From Hormiphora californensis (lineage: Eukaryota; Animalia; Ctenophora): 64,000 nucleotides of DNA. Made by a program: the position numbers and the translations under genes. The notes beneath the pieces are model-generated. The model worked only from the letters and a program-made list of their open reading frames with translations. It did no database searches and had not been told where the DNA came from. The stretch lies in the NCBI GenBank assembly GCA_020137815.1, contig CM035358.1:620001-684000 (forward strand), read 5' to 3'. This document shows, piece after piece, positions 14,001 to 26,905 of this stretch (position 1 is the first letter of the stretch; every line of letters starts with the position of its first letter).

Positions 14001-17000
14001 GTATTGTGTGTAAACTGTTGTCTAGTTTGCACGTACATTGAGAGAGAGAGGAAGTGAGTGTACAGTTGCGTAATGCAGTATTGTGTACAAATTACACAGG
14101 ACAGGGGGGCTTGTAATGGGGGACACACAATTACACAGCACACATTTCCGGCTACTGCTGCACATCACCTGACATCTAGAACAACTAGCACAATATGCAG
14201 TACTAGTATGCAGTGTACCTACCCCGTTTTGTTTGCAGAACAAAGAAAGTAACTCCCATACCAACACCTGACCATCATCTTTACATCCCTCCTTCCTTAG
14301 TCCTGCAGCCCTCTTTTTACAGTAGTTCATAACGTCTCTTTTTGGTGTTTCACCCCTGGAGAGAAGAGCGTGTTAAATGAGGTGATATCTGACAGACTGA
14401 AAATCATTGATGCGGCTTCTTTAATTACATAATTAATAATAATATTCAGGTGCCAGATAATGTTGAACGTGTGGTAGAGATCAGCAGTCTACTGCTATGT
14501 ACACTGCGCGCACTCAGCTCGCTACTCACACTGCTCTATTTTCGACTCTAGCGGCGCGTGAGGGACGGCGCGTTACTGCCCGTCAACATGGTGACGTGAC
14601 AGAAAACGCTGGCCAACACAAATCCGACAGGTTACAGGCTTGTTACAACACACTTACTTGACGAGGGGGCCAGGGAAGTCTTCCATAGCCTTCTGTTCCT
14701 GCCAGTAAAGTAACTGAGGGTTGGGATGAGGGAGGTTTAAATACTGGGAGGGAGGGGGTAGAGAGGGGAAATTGCGAAATTGTTGGCTATCTTGCGGCAT
14801 TAGAACTCATGATTGTACATGTAGAGTAACAAGCATAGTGTACTAATATATACATAACTAGAGATAACTACCATCACTACACCCTCCCCTCAGTCCTCAC
14901 ATGTTCCCTATGTCTTGAATGATTGAACGGCTCTGATCGGTCTGTACTATGAAATACAACCCCTAACCCCAAGTAGTAAACACAACCCCATATTTGGCAT
15001 TTTGCCATCCCGTGCCCTTTAACACGAGAATCTAAAGACTTGTATCATGTCTCAATGTGTCTGATGTGTTACAGTGCTGTAGTGATCTAGCTAGTGATAT
15101 ACAGTCGTTAGTGAGCTAGAAACAAGTCGAAAATGAAATCAATTGTGGTTTAGATGATTGTTAGGTCGACCAGGGTCTAAAAGATGGGTCTATAGGTTAA
15201 CACACCTTGAACTCAGTGATCTCAATGCAGTGAGGGGCATCCTCTCCTGGTACCACCGTTATAAACCGGTTAGGGGCGAAACACTGGGCTCTAGTGTGTG
15301 GCTCAAGGTAGAGGTATGGTTCAGTATACAGGTCTGCCAAGTCAACCTCGTCACCAACAACTGCTATCTCAGATTCTGACTCAGTAGGTTCAATATTGTC
15401 ATCATCTACAGCAGCTGAGTCATCCACTTCTGGAGAGGGAGGGGTGATGTATAATCGTATGACGTTTGAAGCGATTGTTTTGTTTTGAACGTCTCAAACG
15501 GTTTGAGACGTCCAAAACAAAACAATTTCGTTGTTGCATCTACAAGAAGCATCATACTTCATAGATAGGATATCATTCAAGATGTCACAGATCAACAACA
15601 AATCTGACATGTGAGAATCAGACTAACAAATTAGTTCCAACAAGTCATACTGGACACACATTGAAATGCTTTATTACCACCGTGTTTAGATAGCGAGTAT
15701 TGGGACAATCGTTCAAATTCTGAGCCAATTGTAAGTTCTGAGAAGTAGGATTATAACATTTAGAGGGGTCTAGAGAGTTAGGGAGGTGCCCTCATTTCCC
15801 TTACCATCGGATCCTGGTTCACTGATATCTTGGCTAATATCCAGGGAGGGAGGTTCACTCTCAGTTATCAACATATCAGTATCTGTCTTTTGTAGATCAC
15901 TGAAACACGGTATGGGTTAATACTGCTATGTAGAATTGGTCCAGAAAAATAGAGTCTTCATGGTTCTTGGATTATTAGGAACAAAACAACGGAGAGATTG
16001 TACCTACCCTGTTTGCGAGTCAGAAATTATTGATTCTGTAACCTCACTTTGGTCTCGGTAATGTGGCATTGAATCGTAAGCAGACCTGAAAACAGTTACC
16101 ATGGTTACTAGTTACTAGCTATGGTTACTACTGGTTACCATGGTTACAAATAGTGTAATTGTCAGTGAGAATTGATCAGATTCATGTTTTGGCTGCAGCC
16201 AGATCAGATATAACGTACCTATTCATTGGTGGATATCCATAAGGCATTGGACCTCCGTACATCCTAGCATGTTCCGCAGCCTGGCTGTATCGGTACATCT
16301 CCTCCTGCTTCCGTAACCTCGCCACCTCCCTCCTATATCTCTCCACCTCTAACATCTGTTCTCTATACAGCAACTCCTCAGGCCTCATCCTACCTCCATA
16401 CCTCCCCGCATCACGATCATATCGGGGGTCGTAGTGATATCTCTCATCCCTTCCTCTATCTTGATACCTGTCATCTCTCCTGGGAACCCTCTCTTCAGAC
16501 CGGTCCGTGTTCCGAGATGGGTATCTGTATTTGTCCGATCTCCCTGATTTGAGACTACTGCCTGATCCAGCCGACAGGTTCCTTCTATGGGATCTGGGTG
16601 GAAGTTTAGGAGCCCCTGCACTACCCCGACCACCAAACAACTCATGATTCTCATAAACCTCTCCCTCAATAGGAGGTTGCTGCCCCTCAGTTTTCAGCGT
16701 TACATTCTCGTAAGCCTCTTGTTCAGCTAGGAGGGAGGCCACACTGGCTGACATGTTACGAGATGCAGAGAAGGAGTTATCAACAAATCGTCTAGATGTT
16801 GATTCGTGGAGGGGTGGTCCCAGGAAATCAGGAGACCCACGTTTCTTGTCCTCCCTCTCCTTCCTCAACCTTGCTATAGTATCGGAGGAGGAGCGGGAGG
16901 AGGGCCGACTGTTGGGCTGACTACCTCTGAAGTTGATCTGCTCGTAAGGGCTGGCTCGGGATGGGTCTAGAGAGGTAGTGGTTGGTGGGGGTCGGGGAGG

Positions 17001-20000
17001 TTTGTTGGGGAGGTAGTTAGGGTTCACAAACTGCCTGCTCATCTCAGTGTAATCGCTATTATTACTGGAAGGAGCTGCCTGGAAGGAGGGCTGGTCAGGC
17101 CGGACAGGATGTTGCTGTTTTCCAGGCTGGTACATAGGTTGAGAGGTCTGCTGGGGTGGCAGACTCTGGGGAGGAGGTTGAGAGCTCTGCTGGGGTGGCA
17201 GACTCTGAGGAGGAGGTTGGAAACTTCTCACTGGTGGAGGGGGTTGCTGTTGTTGTCCTTGTTGAGTAGGAGGAAGAGACATGGGAGGAGGCTGGGAGGA
17301 AGAGGGAGGCGGCTGGGACATCATAGGAGATGGCTGTGAGGAAGAGGGAGGAGGCTGGGAGGGAGGTGACATCATGGGCTGGGTAGACGACATGGGAGGG
17401 GGCATAGCTAAGGGCGGTTGGTTTTGGTGAGTATTAGTCGGTTGTGTAAATGATGGGTTGGGAAAGGTTGGTGGTGGTGGTGGTGCACGAGTTTGATGTG
17501 GCTGCGGCTGAGCGGGTGGTGCTTGAGGCGGCTGCGTTTGAGGGGGTGGTTGTGTTGGATGTGGTTGAGTGGTTGGAACCATGTTAGGTCCAGGTGGTGA
17601 CATGATAGGTTGTTGGAACATGGCCGGTGGCTCTGTCATAGTTGGTGATTTCACCACAGTTGGCACTGCTGGAGGGCTAGTTGGCATGGCAACAGGTTGT
17701 TGTTGTAGTGGAGTTGCCATGACAACTGGTTTAGGGGCAGGAGGAGCAGTGTTTTTAACAGGAGGGGGCATCATCATCATCACACCAGGGGGCTGGAAGG
17801 GATGCGATCCTCTACCGGGTGTGGTAACAGGACTCTTGGCCGGCTGTGGCACCTCTACTACCGGTTGTGGATCAAAGAAGGTAGCTGGTGCTTGGTCTGC
17901 TAGTTGAGAAACCTGCTGTGGTGGAGGTGGTTGTTGTGGTATATGACCTGCTGTAGGTGGTTGTGATATGTGACCCGCTGGTGACATCTGATCCTGGTGA
18001 GAGGCCACCTGACCCAAACTAGATGGTTCTGATGGTATTTCCAAGGGTTCCCAGGACTCCTCTGATGTGGATCCCAAGGTAAACTTTACAGGTTGATCTT
18101 GCTGTAAATCATCGAAGTTCAGTAGAGGCACTATTGGGGGTCCACTAGGCATCAGATCCAAATTCTCCTTCTCCCACAGTGGAGTCTTGTTATCTCGGAC
18201 ACCCTGGAATTCATTAGTTGGCGGTTCCAGGGTAGCAGCTGAGTCTACTACATCAGTTGTAGAATCAGTATTCCAAACTGGTGGGGGATCCTGCTCTGGG
18301 AAACTTTGTTGCGATACCAGCCTTTCTCGACCTCCACTCAGTGGCCCTCCTGAATGACTGGAGTCCGTTCTGTTCCTACTATCACTATAAGAATTAGACT
18401 CACTCCTGTGTCTCCCACCACTCCCTGACTCAGTTCGGTATCTCTGATCAGGAGGTATCCCACCAGAATCATAACGAGCTCGGTTGTCATAGCAACCAGA
18501 CTCTGCTCGAACACGCTCTGATTCGGAGTTATACCGGCCAGAATCTGCTCTATACCGGGCACTCTCAGACTCAGAAACACGACCAGATCCCGTTCTTGAT
18601 CTATCAGATTCAGAGACCCTACGATGTTGCTCAGATTCTGAGACCCTACGATGTTGCTCAGATTCAGAGACCCTACGATGTTGTTCAGATTCTGATACTC
18701 TCCTATCAGATGAAGATTTATTCCTGACCCGTTCTGACTCTGACACCCTCCTTTCCTGCCGGTCTGATTCAGTGCGAGATCGCCTACTGCTTGAACTAGT
18801 CGAGTGTTCCCTACTTCTCTGTTGCTGGAGGTAGGCAGCCCACTGTGCTTGGTATGCTAACCACTCTCCCGCTGGAGGGTTGCAACCATAGCAACCAAAA
18901 TATGCAGCATTGTACTCTTCCTCTGTCCTATACACAACAGGATCCTGCTGTTGCTGGTATTGTTCCTGTTGTTGCTGGTATTGTTCCTGCTGGGACTGTT
19001 GTTCCTGACCATATTGTTGCTCATTATATTGTGGCTGTTCAGCCGGATGTTGTCCCTGATACTGTTCCTGTTGGTGTGCCTGGTACTGAGCTGGATCTTG
19101 TTGGTACTGAGCTGGATCATGTTGGTGTTCTTGTTGATATTGGGAGTAGTCCTGTTGCTGAGCAGGATACTCATTCTGTTGCTCCTGCTGTTGATGGTGT
19201 TGGTACTCATTTTGTTGAGATGAGTAACCAGCCGGTTGAGAGTACTCATTTTGGTAGAGTTGTTGAGGAGGGTAATCTCGAGGACTCAGGGAATCCTGGG
19301 GTGAGGTGACCTGTGATTGTTGATGGCTGCTAGGATTACTAGAATCAGGCGACACCTCATTTTGTTGGTAACCTGCTGGGTTGTAACCACTAGGCGGTTG
19401 TTCATTATATCCACTGGGTGGTTGTGTTTGTTCAAAACCTCCTGGCTGTTGGTAGCCAGTAGGTGGTGGTGGTTGAGACTGGTAACCACCTGAAACGGGA
19501 GGTGGCTGTTGATCATAACCACCTTGAACAGGAGGCTGTTGTTGTTGTTGCGGGTAACCACTTGGTGGTTGTTGTTCCTGTTGTTGCGGGTAACCACCAT
19601 CTTGTGACTGATAACCACCTTGTTGAGGGTAACCACCCTGGAACTGAGTGGCTGGGGGAGAGGTTGGAACCCCACCAGGGGGTGGACCTGTGGGTGATGT
19701 AAGAACCCCACCAGGGGGTGGACCTGTGGGTGATCTAAGAACCCCACCAGGACCTGTAGGAGAGGTTGGATCTGCAGGAGGAGGGAACGGCTGGGCAGTT
19801 GCCATTCCTCCAGGAGGGAAGGATCCAGGCTGTGAACTAACTGCACCAGGCGGAAAAGCACCAGACTGGGACCCAGGTGGAAATGATCCTGGCTGGGACC
19901 CAGCAGCGGTTGGAGATAAAGGTGTACCACCTGGTGCCCCTGACTGCGGCTGACTAGGTCTACTGCCTGGTTGACCGGGTCGTTTAGGTCTAGTCAGGGG

Positions 20001-20436
20001 GTTCCGGGATTGCCGGGCAGCTGGACGACTACCAGCAGTGGCCGGGTTAAAGAGCATCGGTGGTGGTGGAGCCGGACTGTCAGTGCTGTTAGCTGGCATA
20101 GCGTCCTTCTCTTTGGAACCTGGGGAGAGGGAGGGTGGTTAGAACAAGGAGAGGAATAGAACACTGAGTGAGAGAAAGAGGAGGTGGTGATTTGAACCTT
20201 TGGGGAGGGTGGTTAGACCACGGATAGAGGGAGGGAGTGAGACGGGGAGGAGAATTAGAGCAGGAAGAGAGTAGGAAAAGGGATTAGAACCCGGAGTGAG
20301 ATATAAGGAGGCGGGGATTAGAACAATATTGGGATAATGGAAAAGACGGAAATAAGTTTTCATTCTAACTGGTCATGTAACCACGGCTCAGTAACCATGG
20401 TAACCATGGTAACATACCTCCTAGGATTCCCCACAT
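8038..20436 (-). CDS. SEC16: Protein transport protein Sec16 (ER exit-site scaffold), multi-exon
   Basis: Exon 1 MWGILG, then a 3.9-kb Pro/Gln-rich exon. Central conserved domain: AMEDFPGPLVK (~14660-14690), LVWELLSLFCKQNG, NWRQHLAMLLSN, AAHFACLLAG, IQLTELYEYC. C-terminal MILPDDSKPVIYWDEK (~8750-8800) and SRYVDVL before the stop at 8038. Confidence 0.92.
9430..10247 (-). pseudogene. Intronless PIM/PASK-like Ser/Thr kinase nested in a SEC16 intron; two +1 frame breaks (pseudogene or sequence error)
   Basis: GEGGYG, AAK, HRDIKDEN, IDFGSA, GTDVYLPPE and TWAIGCL motifs are spread over three frames. Removing one base near 9941 and one near 9808 gives a continuous ~271-aa kinase with no internal stop. 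Confidence 0.85.
10509..10590. repeat. Three degenerate ~31-bp direct repeats (taatgggtcgggtaacagg) upstream of the nested kinase
   Basis: Copies near 10511, 10541 and 10572. Confidence 0.7.
15474..15526. repeat. Palindrome, 26-bp arms, 1-nt spacer, one mismatch
   Basis: attgttttgttttgaacgtctcaaac-g-gtttgagacgtccaaaacaaaacaat, in a SEC16 intron. Confidence 0.9.
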
Positions 20437-20909
20437 TCTTTAAAAGCACCACGTCATATTGCTAGACAGAGAATAAGAAGGGTTAGAATAATTGTGCCTG
20501 GGCAAGACGGTGAAATATTTTAGCTGAAAGTGCACTTAGAAAAAGTTAAAACAATCCAAACATGCAATCAAAATAACTGTTCCGCAGCGCTTACTCAGTC
20601 ACGAAATATTCAAGCAAGAAATAAACGGTTTCCCTATTTTTATCTCGACAATATAAACATTCTGTCTCTAAAATATTCTCTCTAGATATCTCTCTTTTTT
20701 ATCTTTTTACACATGATGATCATTCTCCAAGATAGTGTGTATCTTGTTATAAACCCCAGCTCAGTATGATCATTGTCCATCTCTCTCACGAGATCGAAAG
20801 AGGAGGTATCTCAATGGCAGGGTCCAGATTTCAGAGTTTTAAGATAAAGATCTCGACCTTACATCACAGCATCCTTTCTATCACCTCAGTTCTAAACAAA
20901 TTGCCATTT

Positions 20910-22621
20910 TCACATTGATGTTTTTACAAGGATCCATTTGAGAACTGGCACAAAGAAGTGCAGAGTTTCCTGAAGGTAGGACACAGCATTGCTTGTCTCC
21001 ACAAACAACAAATCAATATCTGCCTTGCTCTCCATCTTGCTCTCCCATTGCTCTCGGATATTCTCAACCTCACAACATAGAACCTCATTCAGGAACTTCA
21101 CAGTATCAGCCTGAGTCTTCAAATCCACCTCCAGGGTCGTCTTCAGTAGACTCAGCTCAGCGATCTTCTTAAACAGTTCCACTGACCTGGCAGAGAAACC
21201 AGCAACTGATTTGAGGGCCCCATCCAGAAGTGCAGCGTTAGATATTTTAGTTGGTTTCGCAGTTTCGTCTACAGATGTCATGTCCGTTTCAGAGAGCTGC
21301 CTGGCAATCTCATAACGGCAGTGATTTAGTTTGGAGATGGAAAGGTCGAGTTTGAGGTTTTTCAGACAGTCTGTAACGGCGGCACCAAGGTGCTCAATGA
21401 TTATCTCAGAGTCAGCACCTGTCAGCTCCAGACTGGTTTCAATGTACAGGAATAGGGCACTGTTATCAGTTGTACCCGATCTGCAGGGGAGTGGGTGTTA
21501 GAGAGGATTTAGAGAGAAATAAACCTCAAATATGAAACATAAACATTATAATGAGAATGAGAAACTAATGATTGAAAACTTACTTCATTTTCAGAGCACA
21601 TTCCCTGCTCAACATCTCTAGCGCCTCCAACTGACTGAGTCCCTGTTCCTCGTCAAACAAGTACACCATAGTCAGTTTAGTTTCCTCTGATATCTTCTCA
21701 GATTGCTCGTATTTCAATTTTGCTTCTTGTAGTACGTTCATCAGGTTGGCTCCCTTCGCAGAATCCTTCACACGAGCCTGCAGATAGGGAGGGAGTTAGG
21801 GTGGAGACAGGGGAACTAAAATAAACACGATAAAGAAAGAAAAATGTATGGTACAAAACTCAAACACAACCATGCCTAGTGGTCACATAATTACCTTTGA
21901 TTTAGGGCCCTCAACATCATAATTCAGAGCATCATAAGCCTGGTTGGAAGCCTTCTCCAGGGCATCAAGTCCAGAATTAAGGTACTGTGTTCCTGTAGTA
22001 GAGAGAGCAGCTAACCCCGACCATAACCCCGCCCCTGGATAGTACCCTTCTTTATCTTCCATCTTTGTTGGGGTATCAGGAGCAGGAGTCTCGGGTTCAG
22101 GGGTAGGTTGAACTTCATCTGTTGTAACTTCCTTTTCATCCTTCATTTCCCGGGCCAGTTCCTCAGGTGTGGGCAGTCCCAGACTAGCCTCGAACGTCTC
22201 AAAGGCTCCTGATAGACCCTTAGTTGTCTCCCCTGCTATCTTTGTGACAGTGCTCATAGAGGAGGCTGCCCAGCTGCCCCAGCCACCTCCCCAGGACCCC
22301 CATCCACCATCACCACCTTGTTGCTGTGGGGCGGGAATGGGAGCTTGGGGCTCGGGGGTAGGTGCTTTGGGTGCGGGTGGGGTTGGACTGGGTGTTTGGT
22401 CCTTCGGTGGAGATTCTTGTTTTATAGGTTGGTCTGGTACAACCTCATTCTCCTCGACCACTGGTTCTTCCTTTACCACCTCTTTACTGGGTGGTGGTGA
22501 TATCTCCTCTGTAGTAGGTGATATCTCCTTCTCTACAGGTGTTGCTACTTCACCTGGTTCAGTGGGTGATGGAGGTGATTCCTCCTTCTTCTGCACTCTC
22601 AAACCCGTCACTGTCTGCCAT
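20910..22621 (-). CDS. FAM114A: FAM114A/Noxp20-like protein, 3 exons; one +1 frame break near 22585
   Basis: GWGSWGGGWGSW, FEASLGLPTPEELA, GLDALEK and LFDEEQGLSQLEALEMLSREC motifs. Natural start MADSDGFESAEE at 22621 is one base out of frame with ORF 21883..22611. Confidence 0.85.
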
Positions 22622-22854
22622 GGCTCTACAACTGGGAATATTAGATATAAAAGTAGTAAACGGATGTGTGGCGGTTTAGAAACGAACTAAGGAAGTTGTC
22701 AACTATGCAAAATCAATAAACTTTGAAGGTGTAAAAACATAAAATGTAACAAAGCATCTGAGATACAAAAAACATACAAAAATCAAAGTGAAATAGTCAT
22801 GGGACAAACAAATCTGGACAAACAAACAAATCTGAAGACACAAACATACAAACA

Positions 22855-23938
22855 TTATTTTCCTTCCCTGGCCTCAGATACCAAACCCTGTAACACACTG
22901 TTATAATCTCTCCATAATGCCACACTACAATCACCCCCATACAGAGGTCCCACACACACTAACCCAACCCCAGTGATCCCAACCATACCCCTGACCCCAA
23001 TAATGGGCACAACCCCAACTCTCTCTACACAACCCCTCCAGATACCAATACCCCGGTCCATCTGGACCAGCAGGTATTCTCTACACATTGCCACACTAGT
23101 GATCCTCTCCTTTTCTATGTGCTCACTTCTCCTCTCCATCCCTAGAGTGAGGACGGTGAACTTGCACCCGTGAGCCACGACAAGATTTGTTTTGGATGAT
23201 ACACAATCAGAAATCTTTTCCCGGATTTTCCTATTACAGCTTGCAATGGGTTGTAGTTTCACACTCCATTTCGTTAACTCTCCATCTATATCTGCAGTCA
23301 GGACAAACCTCCCTCCTTCATATTTCAGAACGTTGATGTAAACAATGTTTGTCAAACACGCTCTCTCCTGATCCACTTTCTCCTTACTGATTTCCATCAC
23401 GGATAGAAACCTTTTCGAGGACCAATAAAGCCGGTCACATGAACTTTTACAGGTTATCAAACTCCTTTTTTCTTTGTGAGAAAGGGTGGGATAGGTAGCA
23501 TTTAGCAGAATCATCTCATTGGTATCTTTACAAATGAGGACCAGTTTACTAGTGAGATCCCAGAACATCTGTTACCCTAAAGGGATACCGCACTAGGAGC
23601 TCAAAGTTGTTTGTGTCTCGGTAATTCCAACTGTACACACGACTAAACCCTGATCCACTACCACCACTGACACAAACAAGAAACAGAGTACTATCATTAG
23701 CGACACATTTTATCGAATCTATCTCCACACCACCACTAGAGAGAATATCTGCAGTAGTGGATCCCACACGGGTCATCGAGGGTAGGTCCCACCAGGAGAG
23801 GATGTGTGGAGAGGAGTCAGTGACAGTGAAGAGGTTAGGGTCCTCTATGTAGTACGCAGCGAGGGGTTTGGAGTCAAGGATCTGTAGGAGACAGAAGGGA
23901 TGGTTGGAGGAGGGGAGGGAGGCATTTGGGGATGTCAT
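22855..23938 (-). CDS. Uncharacterised intronless protein, possibly a divergent WD40/beta-propeller; split by one +1 frame break at ~23550-23570
   Basis: Overlapping ORFs 23549..23938 and 22855..23568 are offset by +1. Strand-like segments: FVLTADIDGELTKWS, LSWWDL, VALWRD. Confidence 0.55.
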
Positions 23939-24066
23939 GTACCACTGAGGTAGAGGGGATGGGTTAAATAATGAATGAATAGCTAATGTTGAATAGAATA
24001 AATAGTGATTCTATAAAGGAATAAGTTAGCTAAAAATAAGTTAATTGATAAAAATCAACAAGTCAT

Positions 24067-25350
24067 TCAACAGCCATTTTTCATGGCCCGATCACAATCA
24101 TTTCCTGGTAACTTATTTTGATAAACAATCCCGAAGTTCCGTCTCAAAAAGTCCAAGACACTAGCGGTACTAGACAGGTTATTAAAAATCCTCCTTTCAT
24201 GTTTGGGAAGTACGGTATCCAACATAAAAACCAGATGATGCTTGAATATGGCGAATGGTGTTCCATAAGACACAGCAATGTCTATCCAATCCTGGACACA
24301 TTTCAGGGGAGTTTCAGGATACCCAGCAAACAGGGCCGGGTTGTTGAGGAGACCTTGGGCACACATTACACCGTCCGTACCTAGGGAGAGAGAGAGGGTG
24401 AGATTTGTATACGAGGTGAGTTATAGATTTAGAAAACCCAAGGGCTGGTTTGGGGTATGTTATTCGAGGTAGATAAGCCTCACATGATTACAGTACCTGT
24501 TTGATCAAGAGCGGGCTGTATCTCATCAGGATGATAAACTCCCCCATTATGGAACACTGGTATTGACAAAGCATCCTTTATAGCTTTAACATAATCAAAG
24601 TGAGGAGTCACATTTCGTTCCTTTATTGTTCGTCCATGGACAGTAAGGAAATCAGCACCACTGTCTTGAATCGCTCTGGCAAGGTCTAGTGTTTCCTCAA
24701 TTGTATCAACAATACGAATTTTAACGGAGACACAAAGTTCCGGGTTTACTGCTTTACATCGTTTAACAATACGAGATATCAATGCTGGATCCTTGCACAT
24801 GCATGCTCCAATTCCTGATGAAATAGGGGTTAGAAAAATGAAAACCAATAATCTATCTTTCACATTCATTTGGAATGTTGATATGGAGCGTGATTACAAG
24901 CGACTGAACCAATAATGCGGAGAGTGGTGTGGAATGTGGATGGTCTAATAACCTTCTTTGATAGCCCACCGTTGTGGACATCCACAATTTAGATCCACCC
25001 CATCCACATAGGGGGCAATCATTTTAGCAGCAGTGGCAAAATGATCAGGGTCTGTCGCAGCAAACTGAGCAATTAATGGTCGATCTGACTCACAGTACTG
25101 AAACTCAGCATCTCTGGCGTGTTGAGCCTGTAAAAAATCAAGCTTTTAAAACCATGTTAAATCCAAATTAAATCCTACTGGGTACCTTAGAAAAGCAGTC
25201 TGACAGGATCATGTGTGTAAATGTCAAATCGCACCCGTACATTTTGACTAGGTGTCGGAAGGGAAGACTCGAATACCGGACCATGGGAGCACATATCTTC
25301 AATGGTTGCCCCGCTTCCAGTTTTCTCTTTACGACATCGTGGATAGTCAT
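24067..25350 (-). CDS. DUS4L: tRNA-dihydrouridine(20a/20b) synthase-like, 4 exons
   Basis: KICAPMVRYSSLPFR, DRPLIAQFAA, GVDLNCGCPQRWA, SVKIRI, LTVHGRT, GVMCAQGLLNNPALFAGY; exons join in frame. Confidence 0.93.
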
Positions 25351-25569
25351 TTTATTCTAAAATAATACTTTAGTCAGAAATAGGTTCACAAAGCCGAGTG
25401 GAGAATATTCAGGACCACTATGCATTCGGTCGTGTCCCGGGAAGGAATGGATGGATCACCCTTAAGTCGGATTTTTTTAAACTATCCGCCCCGTGCGGAC
25501 GCCATCAATATCTGAAAGATAGGATTTTAAACTTTTAAGTTACGAAGAGCTTAACATTAACCTAACCTT

Positions 25570-26303
25570 CAAATTTGAAGTCTCTATCTCATCAGAGCTA
25601 CAATCTGTTATCTGTGACGCAGAAAAGAGGACGGAAAATTGAAGAAAAATCGGACTTTTCAAAAAAATCTCGAATCGAAAATTCTAAAAACTTTCTTTTT
25701 CAAATTTTACTCGGATCGCGCGCACCATGTTGGCCTATGCTACAGGCCCTAGAAGCCGTGGAAAACGCGCGCACTTGGGGTCTGCAGCGCATGCCAACGC
25801 ACCATGTACAAGCGCGTCGAGTTGTTACGCGCAAATACAATAAAAGGTCAACGCTTTACTTGGCTTGCGCGTGAAATATTAAACGGCGCGCGACGAGACT
25901 TTGAAAATTTAAATTTTAATAAAAAGTTTCAAATTTTCTCTGAATTTCTTTTCAGTCCAATTTCGTGTTTCGGGCGCTTTCGGATTGTCAAAATTAGCAT
26001 AAAACGGCCAAAAAATTTCGGGGGGCTTCGCCCCCTCGACCCCTACCGGGGCTTGCAGCCCCTGGACCCTGCTTGCGGGGGCTCCGCCCCCTACACCCCC
26101 GCCGGGGCTGCGCCCCTGGGCCCCGCCTGTGGGGGGTTTCACCCCCCACGCCCCCTGACCCGGGCTACCGCCCAAGACCCCTGGACGCCCAGGTACGCGC
26201 TGGGCCGCAGGCCCAGCGACGTCCCTGGTTTTTTTGTTACACCGGCTTTTTTACGTTACATAAAGTATCTCCACTCCCTGATAAGATAGAGACTTCAAAT
26301 TTG
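25570..26303. mobile_element. Non-autonomous DNA transposon (MITE-like), ~26-bp TIRs, GC-rich hairpin interior
   Basis: Left caaatttgaagtctctatctcatcag and right ctgataagatagagacttcaaatttg are inverted with one mismatch. Interior repeats GGGGCT(T/C/G)CGCCCC. No clean TSD. Confidence 0.7.
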
Positions 26304-26905
26304 TAACATATTCTCTATTCGGGAGGTATTGCTGATGAGGTGGGCCGTGGGAAGGTTTTGGAGAGGGCAGGCGGCGGCCAGCCACCAGGAAGATTAGGCA
26401 CAAGGAGATTTTAGCCGAAACTATGTCCTTTGTTCTGCTTAGATCAAAATTTGTTGCACTTTGGGCACAACGAGAATTGTGATTTCTATTAGGATACAGG
26501 ATGTAGACCTTAGGGAGACGTGAGAGAGTTGAGGCTGAACGCTGATCAGAGGGAAAGAGAGAGAAAGAGGTGTGATCAGTGATGGTAATTTAAAAAAAAT
26601 CTAACCTTCAAATGTGAAGTCTCTATTTTACCAGTTACCAGGAACCTGAGATTTCTCATGCCATATCAAGGGTGGGTGGACGCACTGGACACTGGACAGT
26701 TTAGTTTGGGGTTTACTTTCAGAGACCTGAGACGTGTGCCTAAACATGCAGTGTATGTAGGCCGTACACCCCTGGAACGATATAATTTTTGGTACACACA
26801 CACCACTTGGTAGCGCATACGCCCGGGAATACTGGCCTGACTGTGTAACCATAATCCCAACATTGAACGAGAAATGATTCCCTTCACCTCAACACTATTT
26901 TAGCA

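Noticed and set aside
14470-14640. Intronic CpG-rich patches (also ~43590-43720) as ncRNA genes
   Set aside because: No tRNA cloverleaf, A/B boxes or convincing snoRNA boxes seen; a covariance-model search would be needed.
16385-20159. Many overlapping and antisense ORFs over the large SEC16 exon, and similar ones over CDC73 and FAM114A
   Set aside because: Shadow frames of low-complexity coding sequence.
25804-26306. 161-aa and neighbouring ORFs as a transposase
   Set aside because: No DDE, HUH or RuvC-like motifs; the frames are open because of GC-rich repeats.
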